58,651 nucleotides of DNA from Hydrolagus affinis (GCA_012026655.1 JAAILG010000241.1:62001-120651), one strand, 5' to 3'; counted from the stretch's first letter, positions 11,713 through 25,854 are shown. Made by a program: numbers and translations. The notes: generated from the letters alone by a model not told the origin.

Positions 11713-11977
11713 ATTGTCCCTTCGCTAAATTGGACAAATATCTGAAAAGGAAAACGGAAAAAAGGTATGGTAAAAGACAGGAGAGTGGTTTCAGCAGATA
11801 TGGCTCTTACCTGGATCATAGGTTTGGCCTTCATTTTAGAAAATGTCTATGACTTTAAGGTGAATAAAGAAGGCTGATCAATTATGCTCTGATATAGACC
11901 TGCTTGGCTCAGGTATCAAGTTCCTGAGCTCATCACAGAACATTTGATAAAAATACCCAGAACAGAATATAATCATA

Positions 11978-12113
11978 AGAATAATCCTTGCATTTGATAT
12001 AGCACTTTACACATCTTCTGGTAATTTCAAAGACCTTCACAGAATATACTGTAAAGTGAATTGACTGTATATATGTGGGCAAAACGAGGCAGCCAATTGC
12101 GCACAGCGGTGTC
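11978..12113 (-). mobile_element. SINE 3' half
   Basis: aataatccttgcatttgatatagc...ggcagccaattgcgcacagcggtgtc. Confidence 0.85.
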
Positions 12114-15100
12114 TTTTGAAGTATTATTATTAGGTGGGTGGAGTAAGGAAATTTATCTCGGATTTCGAAAACACGATGATAGAATAAAGCGTCCAGCAAT
12201 ATGAAAATGCATTAAGAATGCTTGCTTGGGTGAGGTATTGCAGGATAGCTTACACCCATGAAATTTAACCCATGATAAGCCAGAGCTTTCAAGGAGGAGA
12301 AACAAGCGGGTTAGATAGCAATGACCCAAAAAAGGGAGTTTGAGATAGAATGAGATTAGCTAATAAATAGCATTTGGGTGACATAAAGCTTGAGTTTTAA
12401 ACACCTGTCATGAAAAGATGAAGGATTGTGACCTTACCAATAAATTCCACATAATTAAGATCACTTGCTTTGATGTACAGTATAATAATAAACCCCGACA
12501 ATTGGCTACTCATATTAGCTAGATGCAGAATTTTGTGAATACAAATGGTGGTGGATGTGCTATTCACTTATAACATTATTCTGTAAATAGGATCAAAAGG
12601 ACTGTAAAAAACCATAGTGAACTGCTGAAAGCCCACACCTTTCTAAACTTGGCTTAATTTGTTCTTCAAAGATTTACAGCTTCTAACCAATATAATACTA
12701 ATATGTAGAAATACAATACAAAATTACATTTATAAGGCATCTTTCACGTTGCGCAAACATTTAGACAAGAGAGTAATTTGTCTTGCATTGATCTGCATTG
12801 ATTGAGTTTATTTTTCTCTTTTAGTTCCAAAATAATTAAATACATTCTACACCTCTTCGAGAGATGGTGGTGGTGTGATGCAATTTAAATAGTTTCTTCT
12901 TGAAATCTTGGTACTATTTTGTCTTTGCAGTAGAACTTGAAGCTTTTCACATGCCGATGAATCCTATTTGATCTCTAACCGACTGAAGCATTGCAACCAG
13001 TAGTTCAACATTTCCATTAAAGACTTGGAACAATTCTCCCTTTCCCTGTAACTCTTCAATTCTGTTCCCCTAATAGTGGATTATCATTAGTATTTTAGCT
13101 GAACCTGTCAAGAACCCCCTATTACTAAGCTCCATAGCCTTTGAATATATTTGGTAATTGCCGATCTTTATAGTTTCCCCCATGTTCTCCTTATCTTAGC
13201 AGTTTAAGTTGTTTTTTAAATAGGTTTTCTGATTTTAGCCACTTTCTGGATTCATATTATGTTTCTTGACTTTCAATTTGCATTTAAATGGAGAAGGAAA
13301 ATAAAAATCAAAAATTATTGAGATCAATTCACTGCTGAAAACAACCGGAGGCACAACTCCCAATGAGTCATTCATATAAATTAAAATTAACAGTAGAAGC
13401 AAATAAACAGTAATTAATGTTGCCTTTGCTCACAGAAAGCACTTTTTGGTGCTAATTCTTAGAGGAAACTTTAAAAAAATGTCTATCATAACCTTAAATA
13501 GCACTTAAAAACATTGCCTGAAACCACATCTTTGGTTGTTTGGTGATAGCTACCATGAATGATGCCACTGAAAGGGATTATAACCCCTTATTTTTGTATA
13601 ATAAATACCGTACAGAGTGTTATAGCTGGACAATCATGAATGTTAGACCCATAATTGTCACTTGTGCGTCAGCTGACTTTGTTGCTTAGTTTGTGAATTT
13701 ATGCGTCAGCTTTCCTTTTGATATGATCCTTATTTGCTCCTTATTCAAAATTGAATCTGAGTCAAAATCAATGCCAGCCACATATGTCTCTTCCATCTCC
13801 TACATACAGTCACAGGGACAAGTAGCAAATTACTGAACATGGCAAGGTGCCGCAATTGGATTGGCATGACCAAAGCAAACCACAGTCAGAAACAAAAACA
13901 GGAGCATTCACTGGGAATGCTCATATTTGACTTCCTGCAATGTGAATATGATAATTGGCCAGGGGACCGATTTGATGTTTTTAAATAAATAAGCAGCACA
14001 GTTTGTACCGGTACCTTCACTTCTGTTTCCATCTGTTATTTGAATCTGAATTTTAACCTTTCATGGCAGCACAGCTCAATGCTACCTTTGGAAGAAGTCT
14101 CGTGTTAAATTATTCATTTCATTGATCCAGGGAATCCAGATTGTCAAGGCCCATATGGCAAACGAATGTTAGAAGATAAGTTGCTTGCCAGCCCATTCTT
14201 TTTTAAAGTAAGAAGCATCATTCAACCGTAAAAAATGATATGCTCCTTCAGTAGGAGAATCAGTTAATTAGCCAGAAAACGAAAACTAGTATTTCTTCCT
14301 GAAGTATAGTGTATAGACAATAGTAAATTTCAACAGTGTTTGCTAATTCTCTTTTAGGCAGACCCCCCATATAGATCAATAAGCTGTCTGTCCCAGCGAT
14401 GGAATTGATGATCAAAGATCAAACTTGAATAGACTTTCCTTTGTCAAACCTTTACTTTCTACAGATTTAATGTAAAATATCAATATTCTAACATCCTATG
14501 CAATTATCTCATTATTATCCCACAATTACATAACAAAAGTACAACATAGCATATAATTTATTCCTCTTAAATACTGTGTTGTAAATGATTTGAAATTGAT
14601 TGTTTCAATAACTGTATCCTGGTTACAAAGTATCAAAGAATAGCCTGTTGGCTGGTTGAAAAACTGATGCAAATGTATGTCATCAGATTGATTTCTAGGT
14701 CACTGTAATCTTCCAATCATTTCAAGGTACTATTTATCGTATCAATTTGATCATAATTGGTTACCAGCTAGTCCCAGTATTATTTTATTAAATCCAATAA
14801 TATTTAAATGGGGTAACATTAGGAAATAATTTGAAATACCAGGATATTTTGTTATGTTGGAAATAAATTTATCTATTAACTGACTATTGTATCACTCTCT
14901 GCTCCTACTATTGTATAACCATTTAGAATTGAGTCATTTTGAAGTTTCAGCTTGAACTTGACTCCACGAGAAGAGTTTAAAATAGTTCCACTCACCAGAC
15001 TGACAACAACAAGAAACTAAAGTATACATTGAGAGCCAGTCTTCCAAATCTCACTGTGGTTGACAATGCCACTGTCAAACAATTGGCTGGGGAAAGTACT

Positions 15101-15559
15101 TTTCCTTTTGGTTGATTTAGAGAAATTCCCAGAAACAAGATCTGATCCCTGTTTATTCATTGGAGAACACAAGGAACACTTTTCAACCCCCTGAAACATG
15201 CCACATGAATTCTCCCTTGGTTACTAAAGGTTTAAACTGATTGGCTTTTAGGGATCAGATATCACCACTGACAGTAACAGGAAGTGACTGATTTATGACA
15301 GGAAATTATTGACCAGACATCAGTGAAGTAGGAAAGGAATTAAGCAACAGGCAACAAGGAAATTATCTGCAGGGTGGAAATACAGTTTTGCTGTGTATGA
15401 CATTAACATGCTTTGTAATCTTTATTAGTTTGTGAAGCTGGAAGTTTAAAACTACAAATTTACAACAATGTGTGCTTTATCCATTGTTTGATTTGTTAAG
15501 TCCATACATTTGGTGCAAGAGAAAAATTGGATTAAAAAGAATCGATGTACAGTATTTAA

Positions 15560-15663
15560 GAAAAAAATGATGCACATGCGAAAGGGAGTATGGAGGTATA
15601 ATGGGTTGGATGCTCATATGATTGAGTCAATGGCCTGTTTCTATGCAATGTAATTTTATGTAA
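15560..15663 (+). mobile_element. CR1 LINE 3' tail relic
   Basis: gagtcaatggcctgtttctatgcaatgtaattttatgtaa resembles the CR1 3' end seen at 40080-40125. Confidence 0.55.
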
Positions 15664-16320
15664 AAAGGTAGCCTGATACACTAAAGGATTTGGAGTTACA
15701 AAAAGTAAATGAATCAAAAACGCCTTACAATTACCTTAAACTGGCATTGGAGATCGCTATCCAGAATGGTTAGATACCCCAATCAGTTCTCAGTCTTGCC
15801 ACAATAGATGGTTAAATCGGGATCAGCAGGTGGTCAGAAAATAGACAGGTGGATTAGCCTTGAGAACATATGTGACTGGGATTCCTAATATGGTTTCTCT
15901 AATTGAGGCATATGTCTTATGTTATACATTAATGTTGCTTCAAGAAGGGATGGCTAATATAAATAAGCAATTAGCTGAGAAACAATAAGTTGCAGCATCA
16001 ATTAACAGGGAAGAAACCAGAATTAATCTGTCTTGAGATCAGTATTCAGCAAAACTGCTGTGCACTGTGGCACAATTAGAAAAGAAACCAACAGAGGTTA
16101 CAGCTTCAGTTGAACAGTATATCAGCACTTATTGCAAAGAACAAGTTAATCCAGTAGAAAATACAACAGAAGAAATTTTAACTGAGTGACTACAGCCATT
16201 GGTGGATACAAAGTTCAATCGATGACTCTCATAGATAAATTGCAAACATACACCAAATAAATACTGTAGAAAGACAACTCTGTAAGGCATCTGAAATGAT
16301 AAACTGCATCTTTTAAACAA

Positions 16321-16435
16321 ATAATAATAATTCTTGCATTTGATATGGTGTCTTATCACATTGTTGAGACATCTCAAAGCACTTTGCAGAATATACTGTA
16401 AAGTGGATTGCCTGTGTATTTTGTGGGTGAAATAT
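16321..16435 (-). mobile_element. SINE 3' tail
   Basis: ataataataattcttgcatttgatatggtg...tttgtgggtgaaat. Confidence 0.85.
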
Positions 16436-17499
16436 GAACTTGTAGAATAACAATGAATTGAGTTAAAACAATGCATCTCCTTCATTTGACAGAAAAGCGC
16501 TGAGCTCAATGCCAAAAATAATACATTTCAGGACCTCGTAAACTGGAGTCGTAATTGGTATACCTCAAAGAAAAGCCACCAATTAAGTCTACCATCCGAA
16601 ATATTATAACAACCTCCGATGTCCTTTGAGAGATTGAAGATATCAAAAACTATTTGCTTGCAGTTACTTGAAAAGTTAATGGCATAAAAGTCTTTGAAAT
16701 GTTTGATAAATGAGAATGGCCGATGTTGTCAAAAATAATAGTTTGTTTCTGAACCAGTGCTTTTAGTCAGAGATTGACTTGGATTGATTGTCTGAGAACA
16801 TTAGACCTTAATAAAAAAAACACAAGAAACATGTATAAATAAACATTTTCTTCCTGTGCCATTTTTTTTCTGAGGAAGGCATGATTTGAAATTAAACTAA
16901 GGCATTTTATTCAACCTGAAATTAACAAGGACTTTGAACAGTGTTGAACTGGAACAGGCAGAAATAGATTTAACTGAACTTTTGAACTGTGCAAGAATGA
17001 TTGATCACCTGTAATTCCATGTGATATTTAGAGAATGACCCACATATCTTCCCAGGGAGCATTTCTCATGAATTGTTATTGTCAATTGAAAGTTTAGCCC
17101 GATTGGCTCCAAGGTATAACACCGCTTACATATGTCAGAAATCGTGGATGGGAAATAACTGTGGAAGGACAGAATGAAAGAAGCTCCAGGCACAGTGACA
17201 CAGACTGAAGAGAGAGACCCTTACTCAAGCATGAGCAAAAATGTGATTTGGAAAATTTCTGTTGGTGTGTTTGTTTTCCAGTCCAAAAATAATTTCAGTA
17301 CATTGGGGTCTAAAACATAATATTTGTAATAGGAGATGTAAATAATAATTCCTGCGTATAACTAGAACATGCTGACCCGTGGGAACTCTAGTCTGGAAGT
17401 AGATTAACATCGGAGCAGAGCTCCTGTCAGTCGGTATAATGCGCTTCCAGGTAATAAAGACCAGATTGATTTCTCCCCAAAGAAACAGAGAGGTCTGAA

Positions 17500-17628
17500 A
17501 GCAAATACAGCAACCCAGTTTCTGCCCAGATTGAGATTGATAAACTCAGCGCAGAACAGGATTTGAATGTGCAAATCTCACACTCTGCATGGCTTAATGC
17601 TTTTACCCATAAAGCCATCAGGAGCTTT
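17500..17628 (-). mobile_element. Old tRNA-headed SINE relic (second family)
   Basis: Reverse complement reads ctcctgatggctttatgggtaaaagc...ttcaaatcctgttctgcgctgagtttatcaatctc, resembling 26137-26225. Confidence 0.45.
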
Positions 17629-18187
17629 ATCTGTGATGCGGTCTTTACCTTTCTCCAAATACTGACCAGAGAGGTACCAGAGAGGTAGGAAATAATAAGG
17701 TACAGTGATTACAGGGCAGTAATCTCATCAAGGGATTCAGATGTTGCCATAAACTATGAGAATACAGACAGAACACTCTATAACTGGCATCTGAATCCTA
17801 AAATTATATTATAACTTCAAAAATCAATCACAGTTTCTTCCCATAAACTATGTACAGTGCAGCTGAAAAGATGATTGTAATCTGCTTTGAGTGCTTTCTT
17901 TTGTTTCAGTCTTCTGGCAATTGTATTTGATACTTTGCATAACTGATGGGCAGCTATGTGCTGGTTGAAGCCATAACAATTGAACTGTATAGTACCCATT
18001 GGAAGGTTAGCAATGTAATGATTAACAGTTTGTATCATAAAGGTATCAAATATCTAGAAACTGTATCATACCTTTGAATGAGGTGGAAAACTTGCAAAAC
18101 TTTAAGACAGAAGAAAGGGTAGAAAATACGTTTGAACTCTGCTACAGCGATAAATTACTCATGAAGATTTTTGCTGAGAACATTAAA

Positions 18188-18345
18188 AATAATCCTTACA
18201 TTTGATAAAACGCCTTTTACATCTGGGGATGTCTCAAAGCGCTGTGCAGGATGTACTGTAAAGTGTAACCACTGTGTATTTTTTTAGGTGAATATCGTAG
18301 CTAGTTTGCACACAACAATGTCCAACAAATGCACATGAATGATCA
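18188..18345 (-). mobile_element. SINE 3' half
   Basis: aataatccttacatttgata...gtctcaaagcgctgtgcaggatgtactgtaaagtg. Confidence 0.8.
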
Positions 18346-18877
18346 ATTTTCATTCAGATCATTGGATATTTGGAGATTTTATGTGGGAAGAGAGAAAAAA
18401 CATGGTCATCACCAACTCACTTGTCTCCTATGCTCTTGTTCACATTCTTTAATTAAACGAGTTGGCTGGTTGCTGAGCCACTGCTAAGTTCCACAGTAAT
18501 GTTAGGAGCTCCGCAGAGCCCTCAGAATAAACAAACCTCCAAAAGAGTTTAAATTATTGTTTATAGTGGTAATCAGAAACAGAATCAGACTCTTAATCAC
18601 ACTGGTTTCTGTTTCCATTGTAAACAAGGTTTTATTATCATTTGGCATTGAATACAGTACTTACCAATACATGCTATAGTAAAACACTTGACTCAGAGAA
18701 AAGTAACTCAACAAAGAAGCAGAATTATAACTCATGAATAGGAAACAAATTCAGGATCTGATTTTCCTGCCTTTTGGATTGAAATATTATGACAAAATCC
18801 GGCAAGGTCAGAGTAACTTAATTTAATTTTCTTATTAATTATCCAGTAACTGCTTCTGTTGAGTAATGAAATTCATT

Positions 18878-18908
18878 TATATATATATATATTATATATA
18901 TATATATC
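18878..18908. repeat. (TA)n microsatellite
   Basis: Interrupted TA run. Confidence 0.9.
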
Positions 18909-19717
18909 TCAAATCAACTATGCAGGATACCCTTGTCTAGAGCCATTTTAGTTTTCAATTAATTAAGTGCTAGGTTATGGTACTGAGTTGTTTGCATTGG
19001 CACAGTATGTATACATACTGGATGGTACATTGGGCTCCAGGCATTGTACCATGACTTGTATGAATCCTGCCCATCTGTTTACACTGGTAATTTTTCACTC
19101 TTACCACTATTATCAGACAGAGAGGGAGAATTTGAAGTATAGTCACTCAGTACTGGTCTTACCCAGCTTCTAAAGTGCAGCTAGAATGGGAATGGCAGAG
19201 ACCTGGCAACAGGTTAATTACAATGTATATGCAGTAAGGGTACACAGCAGGCTGTCAATGAAGTAAAAGAGAAAAGAAATAGAGAAAATAAATTAATTTT
19301 TTTTTAGCTGCATCCATAAAACCTGGCTTATGTACAGGACTTAATATTTTACAGTTTATTCCCTTATATTTGTAGATTTCATTACAGCTTTATTTACATA
19401 CAGTTTGAGTTGGAGTTCTACAAGAGTGTTGCGGTGAGAGAATATCAACAAACAGAGAATCATTTGTGACCTATGCTTCATGATTTTGATCATCTGATTG
19501 ACTTTCTAAACTAATACAAAAGATTTTTTTAATATTTAATGCAGTGAAGTTATGTACTGTTGACTAATCAGCTATGTACCATAGACTGTTGTACAAGTTG
19601 TGGAGATTTAATCAGGAAAATTCAATTCCTTATGTAGCAACAAAAAATGGTGGCTGAGAAATCTTCAAACTGGCTTGGGACTCAATCATTGTGTCAATAT
19701 TTAGTCAGTGAGGATTC

Positions 19718-19785
19718 AACAACAACAAGAACAAAATTATACTTGTATAGCATCTTTCACGTCAGGAGGACGTCCCAAGGTGCTG
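19718..19785 (-). mobile_element. L2 3' tail
   Basis: caacaacaacaagaacaaaattatacttgtatagcatctttcacgtcaggaggacgtcccaagg matches 3085-3143 and 58511-58580. Confidence 0.8.
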
Positions 19786-20509
19786 AAATTCACGCCCACA
19801 GTCAGCTTTCAGTAAAGATCAGAAATTGTGATCTTAACAGATTGAATGTAATCATTTTGATAATATTAGGATCATTATAGTTTCTCCTATTTAAATGACT
19901 TGGATTTCCAAACTAAATGCAAGTTAATTAAGTTGGCAGATGCTGCTGTTGCAGTTTGCAAATCCAAGTTACTTACGTATACAAAGAACAGGAGAAATTG
20001 TAATGATCCTCTTCCTAAGGTAGCAGACTATTTTCTCATGCTGTGCTTTCTGACAATTGTGTTCATGTGCTTTTTCAAGGAGTTAGATATATTCAAGCCG
20101 GCATCTCTTGCATTATAGTCTTCATCAATGAGGTTCTCAGGAAATGTGTGGAGACAGAATAAATGGAATACTGATAATTATTAGACCATCATATTCATTG
20201 AAATGTTCCCGCTGTCAGAAATACTTACCTATGTAAAAGAACCTTTGCCCTATCATTCAGTATAAATCCATGTTAATTTAGTTTAAGTGATTGACTTTAT
20301 GTCCACATGCAATATCAAGTAGAAATCCAGCTACTTTCAATTATAGTGAGTTGTCACCTTTAGAATTGTGTGCTAATTCTAATTTCAAACAGTCACATAT
20401 CATTTTACTTTGGGAAAAAATTCTTAGGACATTTAGTCATTGGAATTGACGGCACTGCAAATTCCATTTAAGATTAAGACAGTTACCAGAATATAGTGTT
20501 TATATAATA

Positions 20510-21383
20510 CAGGTACCCCGCCCCAACCGCGGCCTCGTCAACCGCGAAATTCAAGTATCCACAGTTTGCTAAATGCGACAACCCTTGCATACCACGGCTT
20601 ATAACCTTTGCTTATCCATGGATTTTAACACTAATAAGCGTTTAGCGCTAGGACCCAGTTGCATCAACCAGCCTCGATGTCACTTCACGTATAGCACCAG
20701 GAACCAGTGCGATGTTTCAATCAACCAGCAACAATACTTCTCTCTTAGGATTAAGGTAAATACAGTAACATGCATTTATTGTAGCTTCTCCACATCCTAG
20801 CTACTAAGTTTGGGAGCATTGGCTGCCAGGATCTGCAGTAAGTGTATCATAGGCTGTAGAAGTCTCTCTGTATCTCAGGCTGAAGAGGGATCTCTCTCTG
20901 TCTCTCTGTGAGTGCATCTCAGACTTTAGAAAGGTCTCTCTCTCACCTTCTCTCTATTTCACCTTCTCTTTCCCCCACCCCCCCTCCTCCACCCCCCCCT
21001 TCTCTCTCTCACCTTCTTTCTCTCTTCTATGTCTGTGTGTAGATCAGTCAGTCAGACAGCCTCCACCCTCCATGTTTCTCTCTCTCTGTCTCTGTGTGTA
21101 GATCAGTCAGTCAGGCAGCCTTGCGGATTGCTGCAGATGTGCCTAAACTTACTCCCCCTATACAGTATGTTATAACTGTATTTTTTTTGTGTTCTATGAA
21201 ACACGAACTTACTCCCCGTATCCCCATTTTTCCCATAGATCCTTGCATTTTCCAACCGCGAAAAAGCAAACATACTCCCCCTATCTCCATGTTTCCCATA
21301 GGGCCCTGTATTTTCCAACCACGGTTTTACCAACCACGGAGGTTTACAGGAACGTATCCCCCACAGTTGGGGAGGGATACTTG
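20510..21383. mobile_element. Non-autonomous Tigger/pogo-like element, about 870 bp
   Basis: TA|caggtaccccgccccaaccgcgg ... ccacagttggggagggatacttg|TA (23-bp TIR, 5 mismatches). Subterminal caacc(g/a)cg repeats, internal CT-rich tract and ~55-bp duplication (21207-21260/21270-21323). Confidence 0.82.
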
Positions 21384-21603
21384 TACATATCTTCTCTGTG
21401 TATTCACTAAGAACTGAATAACTGATTGACTTAGAAACATGATTTATACCTCAATGGAAAGGTCTTGCAAGGTAGAGTATCATGGGCATATTGTTTTTTC
21501 AGGATCTATCATTGATGAGCTATATTAAAATAAAAGGTCATTGCACATTATTAGACCAGTTATTATTAGCAGTTACATGTACTATATGCTGCAGTTACAA
21601 CTG

Positions 21604-21635
21604 GCACCAACATCTAGTGGCCAAGAAGTGGGAAC
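21604..21635 (-). promoter_or_regulatory. Candidate CTCF site
   Basis: Minus strand gttcccacttcttggccactagatgttggtgc: CCACTAGATG core with imperfect 3' end plus a partial upstream motif. Confidence 0.3.
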
Positions 21636-21955
21636 AAGATGTCAGTGGTGAGATGGAAATTGCCTCAAGTTGCGTTCATGGCAGCCGTTCAGCTGCTTTT
21701 TCTGCTGCTCTTGGGTGGCCCTGGGCTGGGTGATGCCTTGTTGGAGTTGGGCTGGTTGGGTGGGCGCTGGTTGGTTCAGTTAATCCATGGAGTTTATGAA
21801 TACCTCCATACCCTGGCAGCGAGTATCTGTGGAGGTTGAAGCCTGGGGCTCAATTTGTGGCCTCACTTCTGGCTGGCATTTAGCCCCAATCCCCCTGGAG
21901 TTTAGCCCCTCCCCCTCTCCCTCCACTTATAAATATAATTGCATATAATAATCAA

Positions 21956-22058
21956 TCTACTCTATATTAATAAAGACAAAGCTAGTCTGTGTGCCGATCT
22001 ATGTTCCGTATTGGATCCTTTGTTTGCAAGCGAAGCTGCAATGGTTGGGTACAGCGAG
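21956..22058 (+). mobile_element. Short non-autonomous Helitron-like relic
   Basis: A|TCTACTCTATATTAATAAAG start and gcgaagc...gggtacagCGAG|T end (CTAG with one change). A/T flanks and no TSD. Confidence 0.45.
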
Positions 22059-22899
22059 TACACTATATGTGAGATTGCTCTAAGACTCCGACATATTATC
22101 CCCTGCCCTGTGGCCAGTGATATTTTAATATTCCTGTACCATGTAGTGGTAGGGAATTGTAAAATTGTTATTAAATCTAGCTTGGTAATTAAGGAATGAT
22201 ATGTTGTCAGGCTGCTTAACTACAAGAACTAATGAAAGAGCAGTGCACTTTACCACAGAGATTTCTGGCAAGAAATTCATCAGAATCAGAGGAAGACATT
22301 TCTGTTCAGTTAATAACTGACCACCGTACCTTCCATAAGAAATATTGTTTTTAATATATAGATTGAGTTAGAAAGTCTTTGTTTCATTCAATGGAAACTT
22401 TAGATTTGCTATATAAGCGTGCTGTCTGCTGTAATACATTGCAATCTACTTCCAGTTACATGGAAGTGGATTTCTTGAATGGCATGAAGTGTATTGTGCC
22501 AACCTGCAAGTTACCAGAAGAATTCAATATTTACCAATCCAGTTGCGGATATTACAATTTTGATCCATCAATTATACCCAGCTGGACTGAATGATCATTA
22601 GTTTATTGCATCGTTTGACATGACGATTCCTGATGTACGCAATTGCACTTCTACCAATTCCTTGGTTAGTTTTGACATTTACCTCAATCTATTGACCCCA
22701 GATTACTAAATTCTCCTTTAAGGTAGACTGTTTTTATTTTCCTTGAAGTGTTTGTGTTGCGTCATTTCTACCTCTGAGCATGTCACTCTCACGATGGCTG
22801 CCAATTGACAACTGTTACATCACAATATTGGTTTGGATGAAGTATGCACATTGGATCTCATTCCTTCTTGAACACCCATCCTCCACCAAGATATCTTTC

Positions 22900-23110
22900 A
22901 AACGAGTCTACTGTGGCTTCAACTATCCTTCTTGAAAGCTGACAAGTTGTTCCAATCCTTAATTACCCATTGGGTGAAGAAATCCTTCCTTGTGTCTGTC
23001 CTGCATTGTCCTAACCTCAAAGCCTATGGCTTCTTGTTCTACTGGCTTGTGGCCCACAGGAGTATTGTTTTGGATTTACTCTCTGATTCCAATTTTAAAT
23101 ATTATAAACA
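22900..23110 (-). mobile_element. CR1 LINE fragment
   Basis: aagttgttccaatccttaattacccattgggtgaagaaatcc; the minus strand reads FFTQWVIKDWNNL, a CR1 ORF2 C-terminal motif. Confidence 0.65.
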
Positions 23111-24009
23111 TCTGAAAAGCTCTAGATTGTCTAACTGTTTGGTACATTGCCTGTTCTTTAATGTTGAATACATTCTGTAAAGAGCTATGTCCTTTTCATT
23201 AAGAATACTGCTGAATATTTTCAGATCACACCAAATGCATTTCTGATCAGTGCTGATTAATGGCAAGAAAACTGAACCAATTTGAAAACATTAATTGCCT
23301 CAAATTAGAATGCTTAGAATATTGTAATTAACAACCATTGAAAACAATTCAAAAGATAACTAAGGTTTCTCATTAGTTGTTAATTATATATTTAACATCA
23401 CCTTTTATTGCCTCTATACATGTTCCCATGATGCAGAATACAGCTGTGTTTACACAGGGTTTATACATGCTGCATCATAGACTCCACTGACAAAACTTGT
23501 GTGGCATATATAATATCTGAGCTTTAACTATAAGACTATAACATTATTGTCACATTGAAAGCTCCAAGTTAGATGTCATGGCTAACAATACTATGATTGT
23601 TATTGCTTGCCTTACAATTCTGTAGCCCCTCCTTTTATTTGATATTCAGTGGATTAGTTATAATGGCATTGGAAGTAATTCCAGTTCACAAAGTACTTTT
23701 TCATGCTGCATTGTGCAGATTGCTTTTTTTTTCACAGCGTAGTAGTTTAAATAATGTTCCTTGTTCCATTTCATTTAGTTAGTCACTGGGTGTAAACATG
23801 GTTTGGACTGACTGATTGACTTTTACAATAAATTTAATTTGAAATGTGAAACTGACCAGAAAGGAATTCTGCTGAAAGAATTAACTAGTACCTCATGACT
23901 ATGTGAGCAGATTCTTTCACAAGTACTGTATTCAAGGGCACACAGTATCGATACACTGGATGGAAACAGAATGGCGTTAATGTGGTCAGGCATCTCTCTC
24001 TGCCTCTTT

Positions 24010-25112
24010 TTTCCTCCTTAACCTCTCTGCTGCCTTTGACATTGTTGACCACTCCATCCTCCTACACCGCCTCTCCTCCCATCTAAATCTTCACAGACCT
24101 GCCTTCGCCTGGTTTGACTCCTACCTTTCCCACCATCTCCACTTTGTCGCCAGCATCCTCTCTTCCAGCCGCCGCACTGCCATCTGTCGTATCCCCCAAG
24201 GCTCAATCCTTGGCTCCCTACTTTTTAATATCTACATGCTCCCCCTTAGTGACATCATCAAGCAGACGTGGGGTCAACTTCCACATGTATGCAGATGACA
24301 CACATTCTGCCTCTACCCTCAATTCCAGGACCACTGCTGTCCTGACAGACTGCCTGTTAAACATCAAGTCCTGGATGAGAGCTAACTTTCTACAGTTGAA
24401 TGTCAACAAGCCCTCCCGATTGGCTTGTGCCAGTGCTTTCACGCATCAGGCACTGGGAGTATCAACCTCCATGGTTGCACACTCAACCTCAGCAATCCAG
24501 TCAGGAATCAAGGTGTCCTGTTCGATCCTCAACTTTCCTTGTCTTTCCTCCCCCACATTCAAGCCATGACCTGCTCTGCCTTCCCTCACCTCTGCAATAT
24601 TGCCTGACTCCGCCACCACCTCACCCGCCAGGCCGCTGAAACCCTCATTCATGCCTTTATCGCATCCCGGCACGACTAGGCCAACACCCTGCTCGTTGGC
24701 CTTCCCAATTCCTCCCTCCACTGGCTGCAGATAATCCCAAACTCTGCGGCCTGTGTCCTCTACTGCTTTAATTTTTGTGATCCCATCCTCGCCCGACTCC
24801 ATTGGCTCCCATCACGCAGAGGATTCAATTCAAGATCCTGATCCTCACCTTCAGAGCCCTCCATGGCTTCGCCTCACCCTACCTCTGCAACCTCCTAATA
24901 CCCTGCCAACCTGTCCACCTCACCCCTTCCCTAGCCTCTTTCAAGTCCCGCTTCAAGACCCTCCTCTTTGACGGACCCATTGGTCACCCCAAATTCCCCC
25001 TTTCCCTCCACCCTCCCCGTCCCCAGCTCAGGTCTCAAACAATGAGCGCCTTTGGACATACTCCTAATGTGATTAGCACTATACAAGTGTAATTTTGTGG
25101 TTGTCATTGTTG
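24010..25112 (+). mobile_element. L2-clade LINE fragment (RT domain to 3' tail), degenerate
   Basis: PQGSILGS, GVNFHMYADDT, IKSWMRANFLQLN, VRNQGVLFD, QRIQFKILILTFRALHG, SFKSRFKTLLF across frames, followed by a ttg-type tail. Confidence 0.93.
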
Positions 25113-25854
25113 TATCTCCAGATGAATGGAAAAGCAACGCCGGATCACATAATTATCAGTACAGTATAATGAGATTCAATGTTATATCTTATTGCCTTCT
25201 TTATGCATTCACACATCATTCTCAAGTATTACAATGGGGGTGGTTAGCATGCTGTTTTGGATTAATATACCCGACTAATATCTGCTGCACATTTTGTTTT
25301 GCTTGTTTAAGATGAGGGAAATAAACCACTTGAATAATGAGTGAGAAATCAATGTAACCAGCTTGTGACCCTCACATATTTCTCACGAGCTTTGTTTCAT
25401 TAATGTTCTTCATTTGGCTCTCTGAAACAACTGCCAAAATAAGGACAAAAGGCATTTCAAAATGAGTCCTCCTTCAACAATTTAATGTGAAAGAATAGAC
25501 AGAAAATACGAAACAAACAGTTGACAAAATACTTTTTTCAGCAGAAACAATTTGTACAGTGTCATCTGACAGATATTTACACTAGCTGAAACAGACAAAA
25601 ATTCTGGAATTTTAGCAAGATCTAAACAAAACAAGACAGCTTGTGAATTATTGTAAACTCAACCAGAGTGCACATGCATTCTAAAGGAGTTTGCAACAAT
25701 GAGTCACGTTAATAGCACTACTTCTTTGGATAACACTCTGACCTTAGCAATTCGACTGAGTTTATTTCCCATGGGTTTGGAAATCTGGGAATCTGCCTTG
25801 CATTTTGGATAAGCTACGCTGGTTAATTGGTTACTGAGAGTCTCTCATAGTTCA

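Noticed and set aside
21140-21340. Spaced short repeats as a CRISPR-like array
   Set aside because: Eukaryotic context; these are subterminal duplications of a Tigger-like element, with no unique spacers and no cas genes.
24018-25137. Cluster of overlapping ORFs with YADD motif as a functional RT or retron-like system
   Set aside because: 5'-truncated L2 copy with multiple frameshifts and stops.
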